Sequence record: MW286157.1
Length of the DNA: 64,000 bases
Direction: 5' to 3' (one strand)
From: Escherichia phage vB_EcoM-BECP11
Shown here: in pieces, positions 1 to 8,200 of the stretch
How the letters are laid out: every line of letters begins with the position of its first letter
Numbering within the stretch: position 1 is the stretch's first letter
Notes under the pieces: model-generated
What the model was told of the DNA's origin: nothing
The model's input: the letters and a program-made list of their open reading frames with translations, nothing else
Databases searched by the model: none
Translations under genes and position numbers: made by a program

Positions 1-1
1 T

Positions 2-1597
2 AATGTTACCATTAAAAATAATCAGGTGACAGTTGAAGATAACGGTCGCGGTATTCCACAAGCGATGGTTAAAACACCTACTGGTGAAGAAATTCCTGGT
101 CCTGTTGCTGCGTGGACTATTCCAAAAGCAGGTGGTAACTTTGGTGATGATAAAGAACGTGTCACCGGTGGTATGAATGGTGTTGGTTCTAGTTTAACTA
201 ACATTTTTTCTGTGATGTTTGTCGGTGAAACTGGCGATGGTCAAAATAATATTGTAGTTCGTTGTTCAAATGGCATGGAAAATAAATCATGGGAAACTAT
301 TCCAGGAAAATGGAAAGGAACTCGTGTTACTTTCATTCCTGATTTTATGTCATTTGAAACTAATGAGCTGTCCCAAGTTTATCTTGACATTACACTAGAT
401 CGTCTTCAGACACTTGCTGTTGTTTATCCTGATATTCAATTTACTTTTAATGGTAAAAAGGTTCAGGGCAATTTTAAGAAATATGCACGGCAGTATGATG
501 AACATGCTATTGTTCAAGAACAAGAAAATTGTTCTATTGCGGTTGGTCGTTCACCTGATGGTTTTCGTCAATTAACTTATGTGAATAACATTCACACTAA
601 GAATGGTGGCCATCACATTGACTGTGTTATGGATGATATTTGTGAAGACCTTATTCCACAAATCAAACGTAAGTTCAAAATTGATGTAACTAAAGCACGT
701 GTCAAAGAATGTTTGACTATCGTTATGTTTGTTCGTGATATGAAAAACATGCGATTTGATTCTCAAACTAAAGAACGACTTACTTCTCCTTTTGGTGAAA
801 TTCGTAGTCATATTCAACTTGATGCTAAAAAGATTTCACGCGCTATTCTAAATAATGAAGCAATTTTAATGCCGATTATTGAAGCTGCTTTAGCACGTAA
901 ATTAGCAGCAGAAAAAGCAGCAGAAACTAAAGCAGCTAAAAAGGCTTCTAAAGCTAAGGTTCATAAACATATCAAAGCGAATCTTTGCGGTAAAGATGCT
1001 GACACTACTCTTTTCTTGACTGAGGGTGATTCTGCTATCGGATATCTTATTGATGTTCGTGATAAAGAACTTCATGGTGGTTATCCATTGCGTGGTAAAG
1101 TTCTCAACAGTTGGGGTATGTCATATGCTGATATGCTTAAAAACAAAGAACTATTTGATATTTGCGCAATCACTGGATTAGTTCTTGGTGAAAAAGCTGA
1201 AAACTTGAATTATCATAATATTGCTATTATGACCGATGCTGACCATGATGGTTTAGGAAGCATTTATCCTTCTCTGCTCGGATTTTTTAGTAATTGGCCA
1301 GAACTGTTTGAACAAGGAAGAATTCGCTTTGTCAAAACTCCTGTAATCATCGCTCAGGTCGGTAAAAAACAAGAATGGTTTTATACAGTCGCTGAATATG
1401 AGAGTGCCAAAGATGCTCTACCTAAACATAGCATCCGTTATATTAAGGGACTTGGCTCTTTGGAAAAATCTGAATATCGTGAGATGATTCAAAACCCAGT
1501 ATATGATGTTGTTAAACTTCCTGAGAACTGGAAAGAGCTTTTTGAAATGCTCATGGGAGATAATGCTGACCTTCGTAAAGAATGGATGAGCCAGTAG
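2..1597 (+). CDS. 39: DNA topoisomerase II large subunit, C-terminal ~530 aa; 5' end lies outside window; gene-60-equivalent region fused in frame
   Basis: ORF open to window start; GHKL motif DNGRGIP and Toprim motif IAIMTDADHDGLGSIYPSLLGFF; C-terminus matches T4 gp60 as recalled. Confidence 0.9.
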   Translation, partial: NVTIKNNQVTVEDNGRGIPQAMVKTPTGEEIPGPVAAWTIPKAGGNFGDDKERVTGGMNGVGSSLTNIFSVMFVGETGDGQNNIVVRCSNGMENKSWETIPGKWKGTRVTFIPDFMSFETNELSQVYLDITLDRLQTLAVVYPDIQFTFNGKKVQGNFKKYARQYDEHAIVQEQENCSIAVGRSPDGFRQLTYVNNIHTKNGGHHIDCVMDDICEDLIPQIKRKFKIDVTKARVKECLTIVMFVRDMKNMRFDSQTKERLTSPFGEIRSHIQLDAKKISRAILNNEAILMPIIEAALARKLAAEKAAETKAAKKASKAKVHKHIKANLCGKDADTTLFLTEGDSAIGYLIDVRDKELHGGYPLRGKVLNSWGMSYADMLKNKELFDICAITGLVLGEKAENLNYHNIAIMTDADHDGLGSIYPSLLGFFSNWPELFEQGRIRFVKTPVIIAQVGKKQEWFYTVAEYESAKDALPKHSIRYIKGLGSLEKSEYREMIQNPVYDVVKLPENWKELFEMLMGDNADLRKEWMSQ

Positions 1598-1626
1598 TTT
1601 ACTTTACCACAAGGATGTGGTATAAT
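1597..1626 (+). promoter_or_regulatory. T4-type early promoter (GTTTAC, 18 bp, TATAAT) for rIIA.1/rIIA
   Basis: GTTTAC at 1597-1602 and TATAAT at 1621-1626, immediately after the gene 39 stop. Confidence 0.6.
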
Positions 1627-1651
1627 TAATTGGGCAAATGAGGATATTGGA

Positions 1652-1855
1652 ATGAAATCATATAAAGTAAATTTAGAACTTTTTGATAAAGCAGTTCATC
1701 GAGAATATAGAATCATTCAACGCTTTTTCGATATGGGAGAAGCCGAAGAATTTAAAAACCGCTTTAAAGATATTAGAGATAAAATTCAATCCGACACCGC
1801 AACTAAAGATGAACTACTAGAAGTTGCTGAAGTTATTAAGCGTAATATGAATTAA
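1652..1855 (+). CDS. hypothetical small protein (67 aa), in the position of T4 rIIA.1
   Basis: ORF with upstream GAGGA-like RBS, directly downstream of an early promoter; position between 39 and rIIA. Confidence 0.5.
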   Translation: MKSYKVNLELFDKAVHREYRIIQRFFDMGEAEEFKNRFKDIRDKIQSDTATKDELLEVAEVIKRNMN

Positions 1856-1865
1856 TGAGGAAATT

Positions 1866-4043
1866 ATGATTATCACCACTGAAAAAGAAACAATTCTTGG
1901 TAATGGTTCTAAATCAAAAGCATTTAGCATCACAGCATCTCCTAAAGTATTTAAAATTCTGTCATCTGATTTGTATACAAACAAAATTCGCGCAGTAGTC
2001 CGTGAATTGATTACTAACATGATTGATGCCCATGCACTCAATGGAAATCCTGAAAAATTTATCATTCAAGTTCCTGGACGTTTAGATCCACGATTTGTTT
2101 GCCGAGATTTTGGTCCGGGTATGAGTGATTTTGATATTCAAGGTGATGATAATTCTCCTGGTTTGTATAATTCATACTTCAGTTCATCTAAGGCTGAATC
2201 TAACGATTTCATTGGCGGATTTGGTTTAGGTTCTAAATCTCCGTTTAGTTATACTGATACATTTAGTATTACTTCGTATCATAAAGGTGAAATTCGTGGT
2301 TATGTAGCTTACATGGATGGCGATGGTCCACAAATTAAACCTACATTCGTGAAAGAAATGGGTCCAGATGATAAAACTGGTATTGAAATCGTAGTTCCAG
2401 TTGAAGAAAAAGACTTTAGAAACTTTGCTTATGAAGTTTCTTATATCATGCGACCGTTCAAAGATTTGGCTATCATTAATGGTCTTGACCGCGAAATTGA
2501 TTATTTTCCGGATTTTGATGACTATTACGGTGTAAATCCAGAAAGATACTGGCCAGATCGTGGTGGATTATATGCTATCTATGGCGGTATTGTATATCCT
2601 ATCGATGGCGTTATTAGAGAGCGTAACTGGCTAAGCATTCGCAATGAAGTGAATTACATTAAGTTTCCAATGGGTTCGCTGGATATTGCTCCATCACGCG
2701 AAGCTCTTTCATTAGATGATCGCACTCGTAAAAATATTATTGAACGAGTTAAAGAACTCAGTGAGAAAGCATTTAATGAAGATGTAAAACGATTTAAAGA
2801 ATCTACATCTCCTCGTCATACATATCGTGAATTGATGAAGATGGGGTATTCTGCTCGAGATTATATGATTAGTAATTCAGTCAAATTCACGACTAAAAAT
2901 CTGTCATATAAGAAGATGCAGAGCATGTTTGAACCTGACAGTAAGTTATGCAATGCAGGAGTTGTGTATGAAGTAAATCTTGACCCTCGACTGAAACGCA
3001 TTAAGCAAAGTCATGAAACTTCAGCCGTTGCATCAAGTTATCGTCTGTTTGGCATTAATACAACAAAAATTAATATTGTTATTGATAATATTAAAAATCG
3101 TGTTAATATTGTCCGTGGATTAGCACATGCGCTAGATGATAGTGAATTTAATAACACTTTAAATATTCATCACAATGAGCGTCTTCTGTTTATTAATCCG
3201 GAAGTAGAATCGCAGATTGATTTACTACCTGATATTATGGCAATGTTTGAAAGTGATGAAGTTAACATTCATTATTTGTCAGAAATTGAAGCTTTAGTTA
3301 AAAGCTATATTCCAAAGGTAGTTAAAAGTAAAGCTCCTCGTCCTAAAGCTGCTACAGCATTTAAGTTTGAAATTAAAGATGGGCGATGGGAAAAAGAGGA
3401 ACTATTTACACTTACGTCAGAAGCAGATGAAATTACTGGTTATGTAGCGTACATGCATCGTTCTGATATTTTCTCTATGGATGGTACTACATCGCTTTGT
3501 CATCCATCTATGAATATTTTGATTCGTATGGCTAATCTTATTGGCATTAATGAATTTTATGTTATTCGTCCGCTTTTACAGAAAAAGGTAAAAGAACTCG
3601 GTCAGTGCCAATGTATTTTTGAAGCTTTGCGTGATTTATATGTAGATGCTTTTGATGATGTAGATTATGATAAGTATGTAGGTTATTCAAGTTCAGCTCA
3701 ACGATATATTGATAAAATTATCAAGCATCCTGAATTAGATTTTATGATGAAGTACTTCAGTACAGATGAAGTTTCTGAAGAATATACACGACTCGCTAAT
3801 ATAGTTAGTTCATTGCGCGGTGTATATTTTAATGGTGGAAAAGATACCATCGGTCATGACATCTGGACAGTAACTAATCTTTTTGATGTATTATCAAATA
3901 ATGCTTCAAAAAACAGTGATAAAATGGTTGCTGAGTTTACCAAGAAATTCCGTATTGTTTCCGACTTCATCGGTTATCGCAGCTCTTTAAGCGATGATGA
4001 AGTCTCCCAAATCGCTAAAACTATGAAGGCCCTTGCGGCCTAA
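1866..4043 (+). CDS. rIIA: rIIA membrane-associated protein (725 aa)
   Basis: 725 aa, same length as T4 rIIA; GHKL-ATPase-like N-terminus; RBS GAGGAAATT before ATG; synteny 39-rIIA-rIIB. Confidence 0.9.
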   Translation: MIITTEKETILGNGSKSKAFSITASPKVFKILSSDLYTNKIRAVVRELITNMIDAHALNGNPEKFIIQVPGRLDPRFVCRDFGPGMSDFDIQGDDNSPGLYNSYFSSSKAESNDFIGGFGLGSKSPFSYTDTFSITSYHKGEIRGYVAYMDGDGPQIKPTFVKEMGPDDKTGIEIVVPVEEKDFRNFAYEVSYIMRPFKDLAIINGLDREIDYFPDFDDYYGVNPERYWPDRGGLYAIYGGIVYPIDGVIRERNWLSIRNEVNYIKFPMGSLDIAPSREALSLDDRTRKNIIERVKELSEKAFNEDVKRFKESTSPRHTYRELMKMGYSARDYMISNSVKFTTKNLSYKKMQSMFEPDSKLCNAGVVYEVNLDPRLKRIKQSHETSAVASSYRLFGINTTKINIVIDNIKNRVNIVRGLAHALDDSEFNNTLNIHHNERLLFINPEVESQIDLLPDIMAMFESDEVNIHYLSEIEALVKSYIPKVVKSKAPRPKAATAFKFEIKDGRWEKEELFTLTSEADEITGYVAYMHRSDIFSMDGTTSLCHPSMNILIRMANLIGINEFYVIRPLLQKKVKELGQCQCIFEALRDLYVDAFDDVDYDKYVGYSSSAQRYIDKIIKHPELDFMMKYFSTDEVSEEYTRLANIVSSLRGVYFNGGKDTIGHDIWTVTNLFDVLSNNASKNSDKMVAEFTKKFRIVSDFIGYRSSLSDDEVSQIAKTMKALAA

Positions 4044-4054
4044 TAAGGAAAATT

Positions 4055-4993
4055 ATGTACAATATTAAATGCCTGACCAAAAATGAACAAGCTGAAATTG
4101 TTAAACTGTATTCAAGCGGTAATTATACTCAGCAAGAATTGGCTGATTGGCAAGGTGTATCGGTTGATACAATCCGTCGTGTTTTGAAAAATGCTGAAGA
4201 AGCTAAACACTCTAAAATTACTATTAGCGGTGATATTACAGTTAAAGTTAATAGCGATGCAGTTATTGCTCCAGTTGCTAAATCTGACATTATTTGGAAT
4301 GCATCTAAAAAATTCATTTCGATTACTGTTGATGGTGTAACTTATAATGCAACACCTAATACTCATTCAAACTTCCAGGAAATTCTTAATCTGCTCGTAG
4401 CGGATAAGCTGGAAGAAGCAGCACAAAAAATTAATGTTCGCCGCGCTGTTGAAAAATATATTTCCGGCGATGTTCGAATTGAAGGTGGAAGCTTATTCTA
4501 TCAAAATATTGAATTGCGGTCTGGTTTGGTTGATCGTATTCTTGATTCGATGGAAAAAGGCGAAAACTTTGAATTTTATTTTCCGTTCTTGGAAAATCTG
4601 CTGGAAAATCCAAGCCAGAAAGCGGTATCTCGACTCTTTGATTTCTTGGTAGCAAACGATATTGAAATTACAGAAGATGGTTACTTCTATGCTTGGAAAG
4701 TAGTTCGTAGCAATTACTTTGATTGTCACTCAAACACTTTTGATAACAGTCCTGGTAAAGTAGTTAAAATGCCGCGTACTCGCGTAAATGACGATGATAC
4801 ACAAACTTGTTCTCGCGGTTTGCATGTATGTTCTAAATCTTATATTCGTCACTTCGGTGGTTCAACTAGTCGAGTTGTAAAAGTTAAAGTTCATCCACGT
4901 GATGTAGTATCAATTCCGATTGATTACAACGATGCTAAAATGCGTACCTGCCAATACGAAGTAGTTGAAGACGTTACTGAACAATTTAAATAA
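4055..4993 (+). CDS. rIIB: rIIB protein (312 aa)
   Basis: 312 aa, same length as T4 rIIB; immediately follows rIIA; RBS AAGGAAAAT. Confidence 0.9.
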   Translation: MYNIKCLTKNEQAEIVKLYSSGNYTQQELADWQGVSVDTIRRVLKNAEEAKHSKITISGDITVKVNSDAVIAPVAKSDIIWNASKKFISITVDGVTYNATPNTHSNFQEILNLLVADKLEEAAQKINVRRAVEKYISGDVRIEGGSLFYQNIELRSGLVDRILDSMEKGENFEFYFPFLENLLENPSQKAVSRLFDFLVANDIEITEDGYFYAWKVVRSNYFDCHSNTFDNSPGKVVKMPRTRVNDDDTQTCSRGLHVCSKSYIRHFGGSTSRVVKVKVHPRDVVSIPIDYNDAKMRTCQYEVVEDVTEQFK

Positions 4994-5007
4994 GGGCTTC
5001 GGCCCTT
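4992..5007 (+). promoter_or_regulatory. intercistronic RNA hairpin (UUCG tetraloop) after rIIB
   Basis: AAGGGC-TTCG-GCCCTT. Confidence 0.55.
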
Positions 5008-5021
5008 AACTAAGGAAAATT

Positions 5022-5216
5022 ATGTTAGGTTATCAAGCACGAGTAAAAGAAGAATACGATCAATTAATGCTCAAAATTAATGCACTGAGCAAATTTTTAG
5101 AAAGCACAAAGTTTCTAACAGTTAGTGCAGTTGAGCAAGAATTACTGCTTTCACAGTTCATCTCAATGAAATCTTATGCTGAATGTCTAGAGAAAAGAAT
5201 TGCACAATTCAAATAA
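5022..5216 (+). CDS. hypothetical protein (64 aa)
   Basis: ORF with RBS AAGGAAAAT, bracketed by two GGGCTTCGGCCC hairpins. Confidence 0.4.
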   Translation: MLGYQARVKEEYDQLMLKINALSKFLESTKFLTVSAVEQELLLSQFISMKSYAECLEKRIAQFK

Positions 5217-5218
5217 AT

Positions 5219-5240
5219 AAGGGCTTCGGCCCTTTTGTTT
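5219..5240 (+). terminator. hairpin with U-rich tail (terminator-like)
   Basis: AAGGGC-TTCG-GCCCTT followed by TTGTTTT; same hairpin sequence as 4992-5007. Confidence 0.5.
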
Positions 5241-5252
5241 TAAGGAAAAATT

Positions 5253-5582
5253 ATGATTTATTGTATGAATATCGGCGATTCCGACATAAAAGAGATTAAA
5301 CTGCACGGAAATCATCACGCTAATATTGTGTACTGTAATAAATTTGAGTTTGGTCACGAAAAACTTGGGTTTCTTTACTGTAATGATGTTATAGTCATGG
5401 ATAAAAAGGAGCTCGATGAACTTGACCTCGAGTCTTTAGATGAAAATGACCGAATTTATTATGGTACTCTTAAAGTATATAACGCTTATCTCGGTGGTAA
5501 AAAGGAAAGTCTAAATGCAGAAAACGAATCCGGGTTTACAGAGACTATTTCAGATTCCGACATTTACCCTATCGAACAGTGA
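5253..5582 (+). CDS. hypothetical protein (109 aa)
   Basis: ORF with RBS AAGGAAAAAT; 3' end overlaps the next ORF if that starts at 5515. Confidence 0.4.
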   Translation: MIYCMNIGDSDIKEIKLHGNHHANIVYCNKFEFGHEKLGFLYCNDVIVMDKKELDELDLESLDENDRIYYGTLKVYNAYLGGKKESLNAENESGFTETISDSDIYPIEQ

Positions 5583-6072
5583 TTTGACTAGTGAAATGAA
5601 GGTCAAAATTGCTGATACTGCGAGATACTCTTTAAAACAAAATCCAAACCAGGATAAGGCTGAGGTCATCGAAAGATGTCGTATCGCAGTGTATGCTGAG
5701 TATGTTGTAGCAGATTGGTTAAGTGGGTATGTTAACAAAGGTCAAGAAGACGTCGATGATCCGTATACATATGCATGGGATGTTTTAGCACATCCAAAAT
5801 ACTGCGGGCTTCGGGTAGAAGTTAAAACACACCAAACTGACTCTCGATGGATTTCAGTAACGACAGGACACAGCGGAGAGTATCCATACGGTTCTGGAAT
5901 AAATCTAGGGCCCATTCTAAATCATCAAGTCGCTGACTGTATAATTATATTCAACACTAAAGAAATTCATCCAGGTGTCATCCAGTACACTCCGAAGTTC
6001 ATCGGTGACAGAGAAGACCTTCGTAAGGTTGTAAGAAAAAGCAACTACAACGGATGGTATCTTTCCATTTAA
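5515..6072 (+). CDS. denB: putative endonuclease IV (DenB-like); start uncertain (alternative ATG at 5596)
   Basis: 185-aa ORF, the length I recall for T4 EndoIV, in the expected position between rIIB and ndd; assignment by length and synteny only. Confidence 0.4.
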   Translation: MQKTNPGLQRLFQIPTFTLSNSDLTSEMKVKIADTARYSLKQNPNQDKAEVIERCRIAVYAEYVVADWLSGYVNKGQEDVDDPYTYAWDVLAHPKYCGLRVEVKTHQTDSRWISVTTGHSGEYPYGSGINLGPILNHQVADCIIIFNTKEIHPGVIQYTPKFIGDREDLRKVVRKSNYNGWYLSI

Positions 6073-6091
6073 AAAATTTTTTCACAAAACG

Positions 6092-6121
6092 GTTTACATA
6101 CCACAAGGACCGTGGTACTAT
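6092..6121 (+). promoter_or_regulatory. T4-type early promoter
   Basis: GTTTAC 6092-6097, 18-bp spacer, TGGTACTAT extended -10; AT-rich UP-like tract upstream. Confidence 0.6.
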
Positions 6122-6152
6122 TACCCTATCAACTACGGAGGAGCGGAAAATG
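6111..6152 (+). repeat. promoter-leader repeat, copy 1
   Basis: CGTGGTACTATTACCCTATCAACTACGGAGGA...AAAATG, near-identical to 6617-6658; partial third copy at 27161-27180. Confidence 0.7.
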
Positions 6153-6413
6153 AAATTTAAATTTTATTACGCTAAACATAAAATAACTGATGAGTTTGTG
6201 TCAGTTGAATATTCTAGCGACGATGAAGGTATGATTTATACTCGCTTGGGACTATCGCATTGGGAGTCTGATCAGCCTTATTTTTCAACTCCTGAAGAAA
6301 TTACACGCTTAGTTAGTGGTCATATGAATGACCATTGGAATGTAATTCTTTCAGATAGTCTTAAAGCGGCTATTAATAGTAATGAAATGAAAATCGCTGA
6401 GATTGAGCTGTGA
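6150..6413 (+). CDS. hypothetical protein (87 aa)
   Basis: ATG 8 nt after GGAGGA, downstream of early promoter 6092-6121; the longer upstream ORF start reads through the promoter and is unlikely. Confidence 0.5.
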   Translation: MKFKFYYAKHKITDEFVSVEYSSDDEGMIYTRLGLSHWESDQPYFSTPEEITRLVSGHMNDHWNVILSDSLKAAINSNEMKIAEIEL

Positions 6414-6492
6414 GTTCACTATGGTGGTGTTTTGTTTGGTTAATTAGTATTCCAGTAATTTGTTTAACATTTACTTTTGTAATGAGGTTATT

Positions 6493-6591
6493 ATGAAAAT
6501 TTTGAATTCTGTACTTATTGCTTGCGCGTGGTGGGTTGCACAGGTTTCAGCGGTAGTAGTTGGTATTCACATTTATTACGAATATTTTTAA
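6493..6591 (+). CDS. predicted small hydrophobic peptide (32 aa)
   Basis: RBS GAGG then ATG; MKILNSVLIACAWWVAQVSAVVVGIHIYYEYF has one predicted TM helix. Confidence 0.35.
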   Translation: MKILNSVLIACAWWVAQVSAVVVGIHIYYEYF

Positions 6592-6597
6592 AAAGTT

Positions 6598-6627
6598 GTT
6601 TACAAGACTGTTCTTCCGTGGTACTAT
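6598..6627 (+). promoter_or_regulatory. T4-type early promoter (repeat copy)
   Basis: GTTTAC 6598-6603, 18-bp spacer, TGGTACTAT; the -10 and leader are identical to the copy at 6111-6152. Confidence 0.6.
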
Positions 6628-6658
6628 TACCCTATCAACTACGGAGGAACAGAAAATG
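6617..6658 (+). repeat. promoter-leader repeat, copy 2
   Basis: 32 of 32 nt identical to copy 1, then 2 mismatches up to the ATG. Confidence 0.7.
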
Positions 6659-6769
6659 AAAAAGATTGTTAAAGCTATATGGAATGTAGTTATAATACTA
6701 ATAGTTTTGAGTATATTCCCAATCGTTTTAATGATTGATGTATTAAACGCTTACTTTGGATTTATGTGA
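6656..6769 (+). CDS. predicted small membrane peptide (37 aa)
   Basis: GGAGGA RBS after early promoter 6598-6627; hydrophobic core VVIILIVLSIFPIVLMI. Confidence 0.45.
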   Translation: MKKIVKAIWNVVIILIVLSIFPIVLMIDVLNAYFGFM

Positions 6770-6776
6770 GGAAAAT

Positions 6777-6974
6777 ATGAAGCGTAAACGCAGTGCTTTT
6801 ACATTTATTGAATGGTTTTTCGATAATATTTTTCCGGCTTTATTCATTTTTATGCTGATTTTTGCCTTAGGTTCAGTTGTAGTTGGAATCTATTTGATGA
6901 CAGTAGTCGGAATTGATATTCATCAAAATGGTTTAAAATCTGTGGTTGAAACAATTTGGAATGGTGTAAAATGA
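6777..6974 (+). CDS. predicted small membrane protein (65 aa)
   Basis: RBS GAGGAAAATATG; hydrophobic stretch FPALFIFMLIFALGSVVVGIYLMTVVGI. Confidence 0.5.
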   Translation: MKRKRSAFTFIEWFFDNIFPALFIFMLIFALGSVVVGIYLMTVVGIDIHQNGLKSVVETIWNGVK

Positions 6975-7081
6975 TGAATTTGTTGAGCGGTTGGTTTTAT
7001 ATTCTTATGTTTTACATTGGTGCAAATTTTCCATATTGGATGGGATGGTCAACAACTGCATTCGGATTTTATACTCCTTGA
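6971..7081 (+). CDS. predicted small membrane peptide (36 aa)
   Basis: ATGA overlap with upstream stop; aromatic-rich hydrophobic sequence GWFYILMFYIGANFPYWMGW. Confidence 0.35.
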   Translation: MMNLLSGWFYILMFYIGANFPYWMGWSTTAFGFYTP

Positions 7082-7089
7082 GGTGAATT

Positions 7090-7305
7090 ATGAAAAGTTT
7101 TAAAGATGTAAAAGTTGGTGAAATTTTCTGTTTAGATAACGGTGATCAGTTAATTCGTATTTCACCTCTTAAGAGCACTAGCGAGAAACTGACAGTTAAT
7201 GCTACTTTAGCAAATAACAGTAATGAACGTTTCTGTATTGAAAATGATACTGAAACTTATACTGTAGAAGAGTTTTGGGAATTGAGCGTCGACTGCGACG
7301 ATTAA
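7090..7305 (+). CDS. hypothetical protein (71 aa)
   Basis: RBS GAGGTGAATT before ATG; followed by hairpin 7313-7332. Confidence 0.5.
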   Translation: MKSFKDVKVGEIFCLDNGDQLIRISPLKSTSEKLTVNATLANNSNERFCIENDTETYTVEEFWELSVDCDD

Positions 7306-7312
7306 TTTAATG

Positions 7313-7332
7313 GCCGCGTATTCATGCGGCCT
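7313..7332 (+). promoter_or_regulatory. intercistronic RNA hairpin upstream of ndd
   Basis: GGCCGC-gtattcat-GCGGCC. Confidence 0.5.
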
Positions 7333-7364
7333 TGGAGTAGAAAATAATTTTAGAGGAAATTAAT

Positions 7365-7823
7365 ATGAAATATATGACTGTTACTGATCTGAATAATGCG
7401 GGCGCTACTGTTATTGGTACAATCAAGGGTGGTGAGTGGTTTTTGGGAGTTCCACATAAAGACTTTTTATCTAAACCTGGATTTTACTTTTTAGTGAGTA
7501 AATTAGATGGTCGTCCATTTAGTAATCCATGTGTGTCTGCACGATTTTATGTAGGTAATCAGCGTTCTAAGCAAGGATTCAGCGCGGTTCTAAGTCATAT
7601 TCGTCAACGTCGGTCTCAGCTTGCACGTACTATTGCAAATAACAATGTTCCATACACAGTGTTTTATCTGCCTGCTTCTAAGATGAAACCTCTGACGACG
7701 GGATTTGGAAAAGGACAGTTAGCTTTAGCGTTTACTCGTAATCATCATTCTGAGTATCAAACACTTGAAGAAATGAACCGTATGTTGGCTGATAACTTTA
7801 AATTCGTTTTGCAGGCATATTAA
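7365..7823 (+). CDS. ndd: nucleoid disruption protein Ndd
   Basis: N-terminus [28 protein letters not shown] matches T4 Ndd as recalled; RBS GAGGAAATTAAT. Confidence 0.85.
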   Translation: MKYMTVTDLNNAGATVIGTIKGGEWFLGVPHKDFLSKPGFYFLVSKLDGRPFSNPCVSARFYVGNQRSKQGFSAVLSHIRQRRSQLARTIANNNVPYTVFYLPASKMKPLTTGFGKGQLALAFTRNHHSEYQTLEEMNRMLADNFKFVLQAY

Positions 7824-7903
7824 TGAGTAATTTCCATAACGAACATGTGATGCAGTTCTATCGTAATAATTTTAAAACTAAAGGCGTCTTCGGACGCCAG
7901 TGA
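7823..7903 (+). CDS. stp: Stp peptide (26 aa), activator of the host PrrC anticodon nuclease
   Basis: [26 protein letters not shown] matches the T4 Stp peptide as recalled; start overlaps ndd stop (TAATG). Confidence 0.8.
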   Translation: MSNFHNEHVMQFYRNNFKTKGVFGRQ

Positions 7904-7910
7904 GGAAAAT

Positions 7911-8063
7911 ATGAAATTTGTTTATGGTATAGCCTTTTTCTGCTGGTCCTTTTTATTCGCCGGAACAGTAATAACTGGAGAAACTTCAGTATTTTTACAA
8001 GCAACAGCTCAAGGCGTATTAGCAATTTTATCATTGTTTTGGCTATTAAATGAAAATGATTAA
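7911..8063 (+). CDS. ac: small membrane protein (50 aa), Ac-like (acridine sensitivity)
   Basis: position stp-ac-52 as in T4; hydrophobic 50-aa product; RBS GAGGAAAATATG. Confidence 0.55.
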   Translation: MKFVYGIAFFCWSFLFAGTVITGETSVFLQATAQGVLAILSLFWLLNEND

Positions 8064-8196
8064 GAAAATCTTGGGCTATTCATTAGCCCTTGCTACTTTA
8101 TTAGTAGCACTATATTATGGAGTAATGTTCGGATTAATTCAAGTCGTGCTTTTCATTTCTGATGTTATTATGGCACTACATTCACTAGTATGGTAA
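8056..8196 (+). CDS. small membrane peptide (46 aa), in the position of T4 52.1
   Basis: ORF overlapping ac stop; product almost entirely hydrophobic. Confidence 0.4.
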   Translation: MIKKILGYSLALATLLVALYYGVMFGLIQVVLFISDVIMALHSLVW

Positions 8197-8200
8197 ATTT

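Noticed and set aside
5253-5582. HNH homing endonuclease
   Set aside because: Only a loose His/Asn pattern. Spacing and flanking residues do not match a canonical HNH motif and the ORF is too short for a complete endonuclease. Kept as a note under the denB finding.
6092-6660. Possible CRISPR-like array suggested by repeated short sequences
   Set aside because: The repeats are promoter-leader units and hairpins with irregular spacing, each followed by an RBS and ORF. There is no regular repeat-spacer periodicity and no cas genes.
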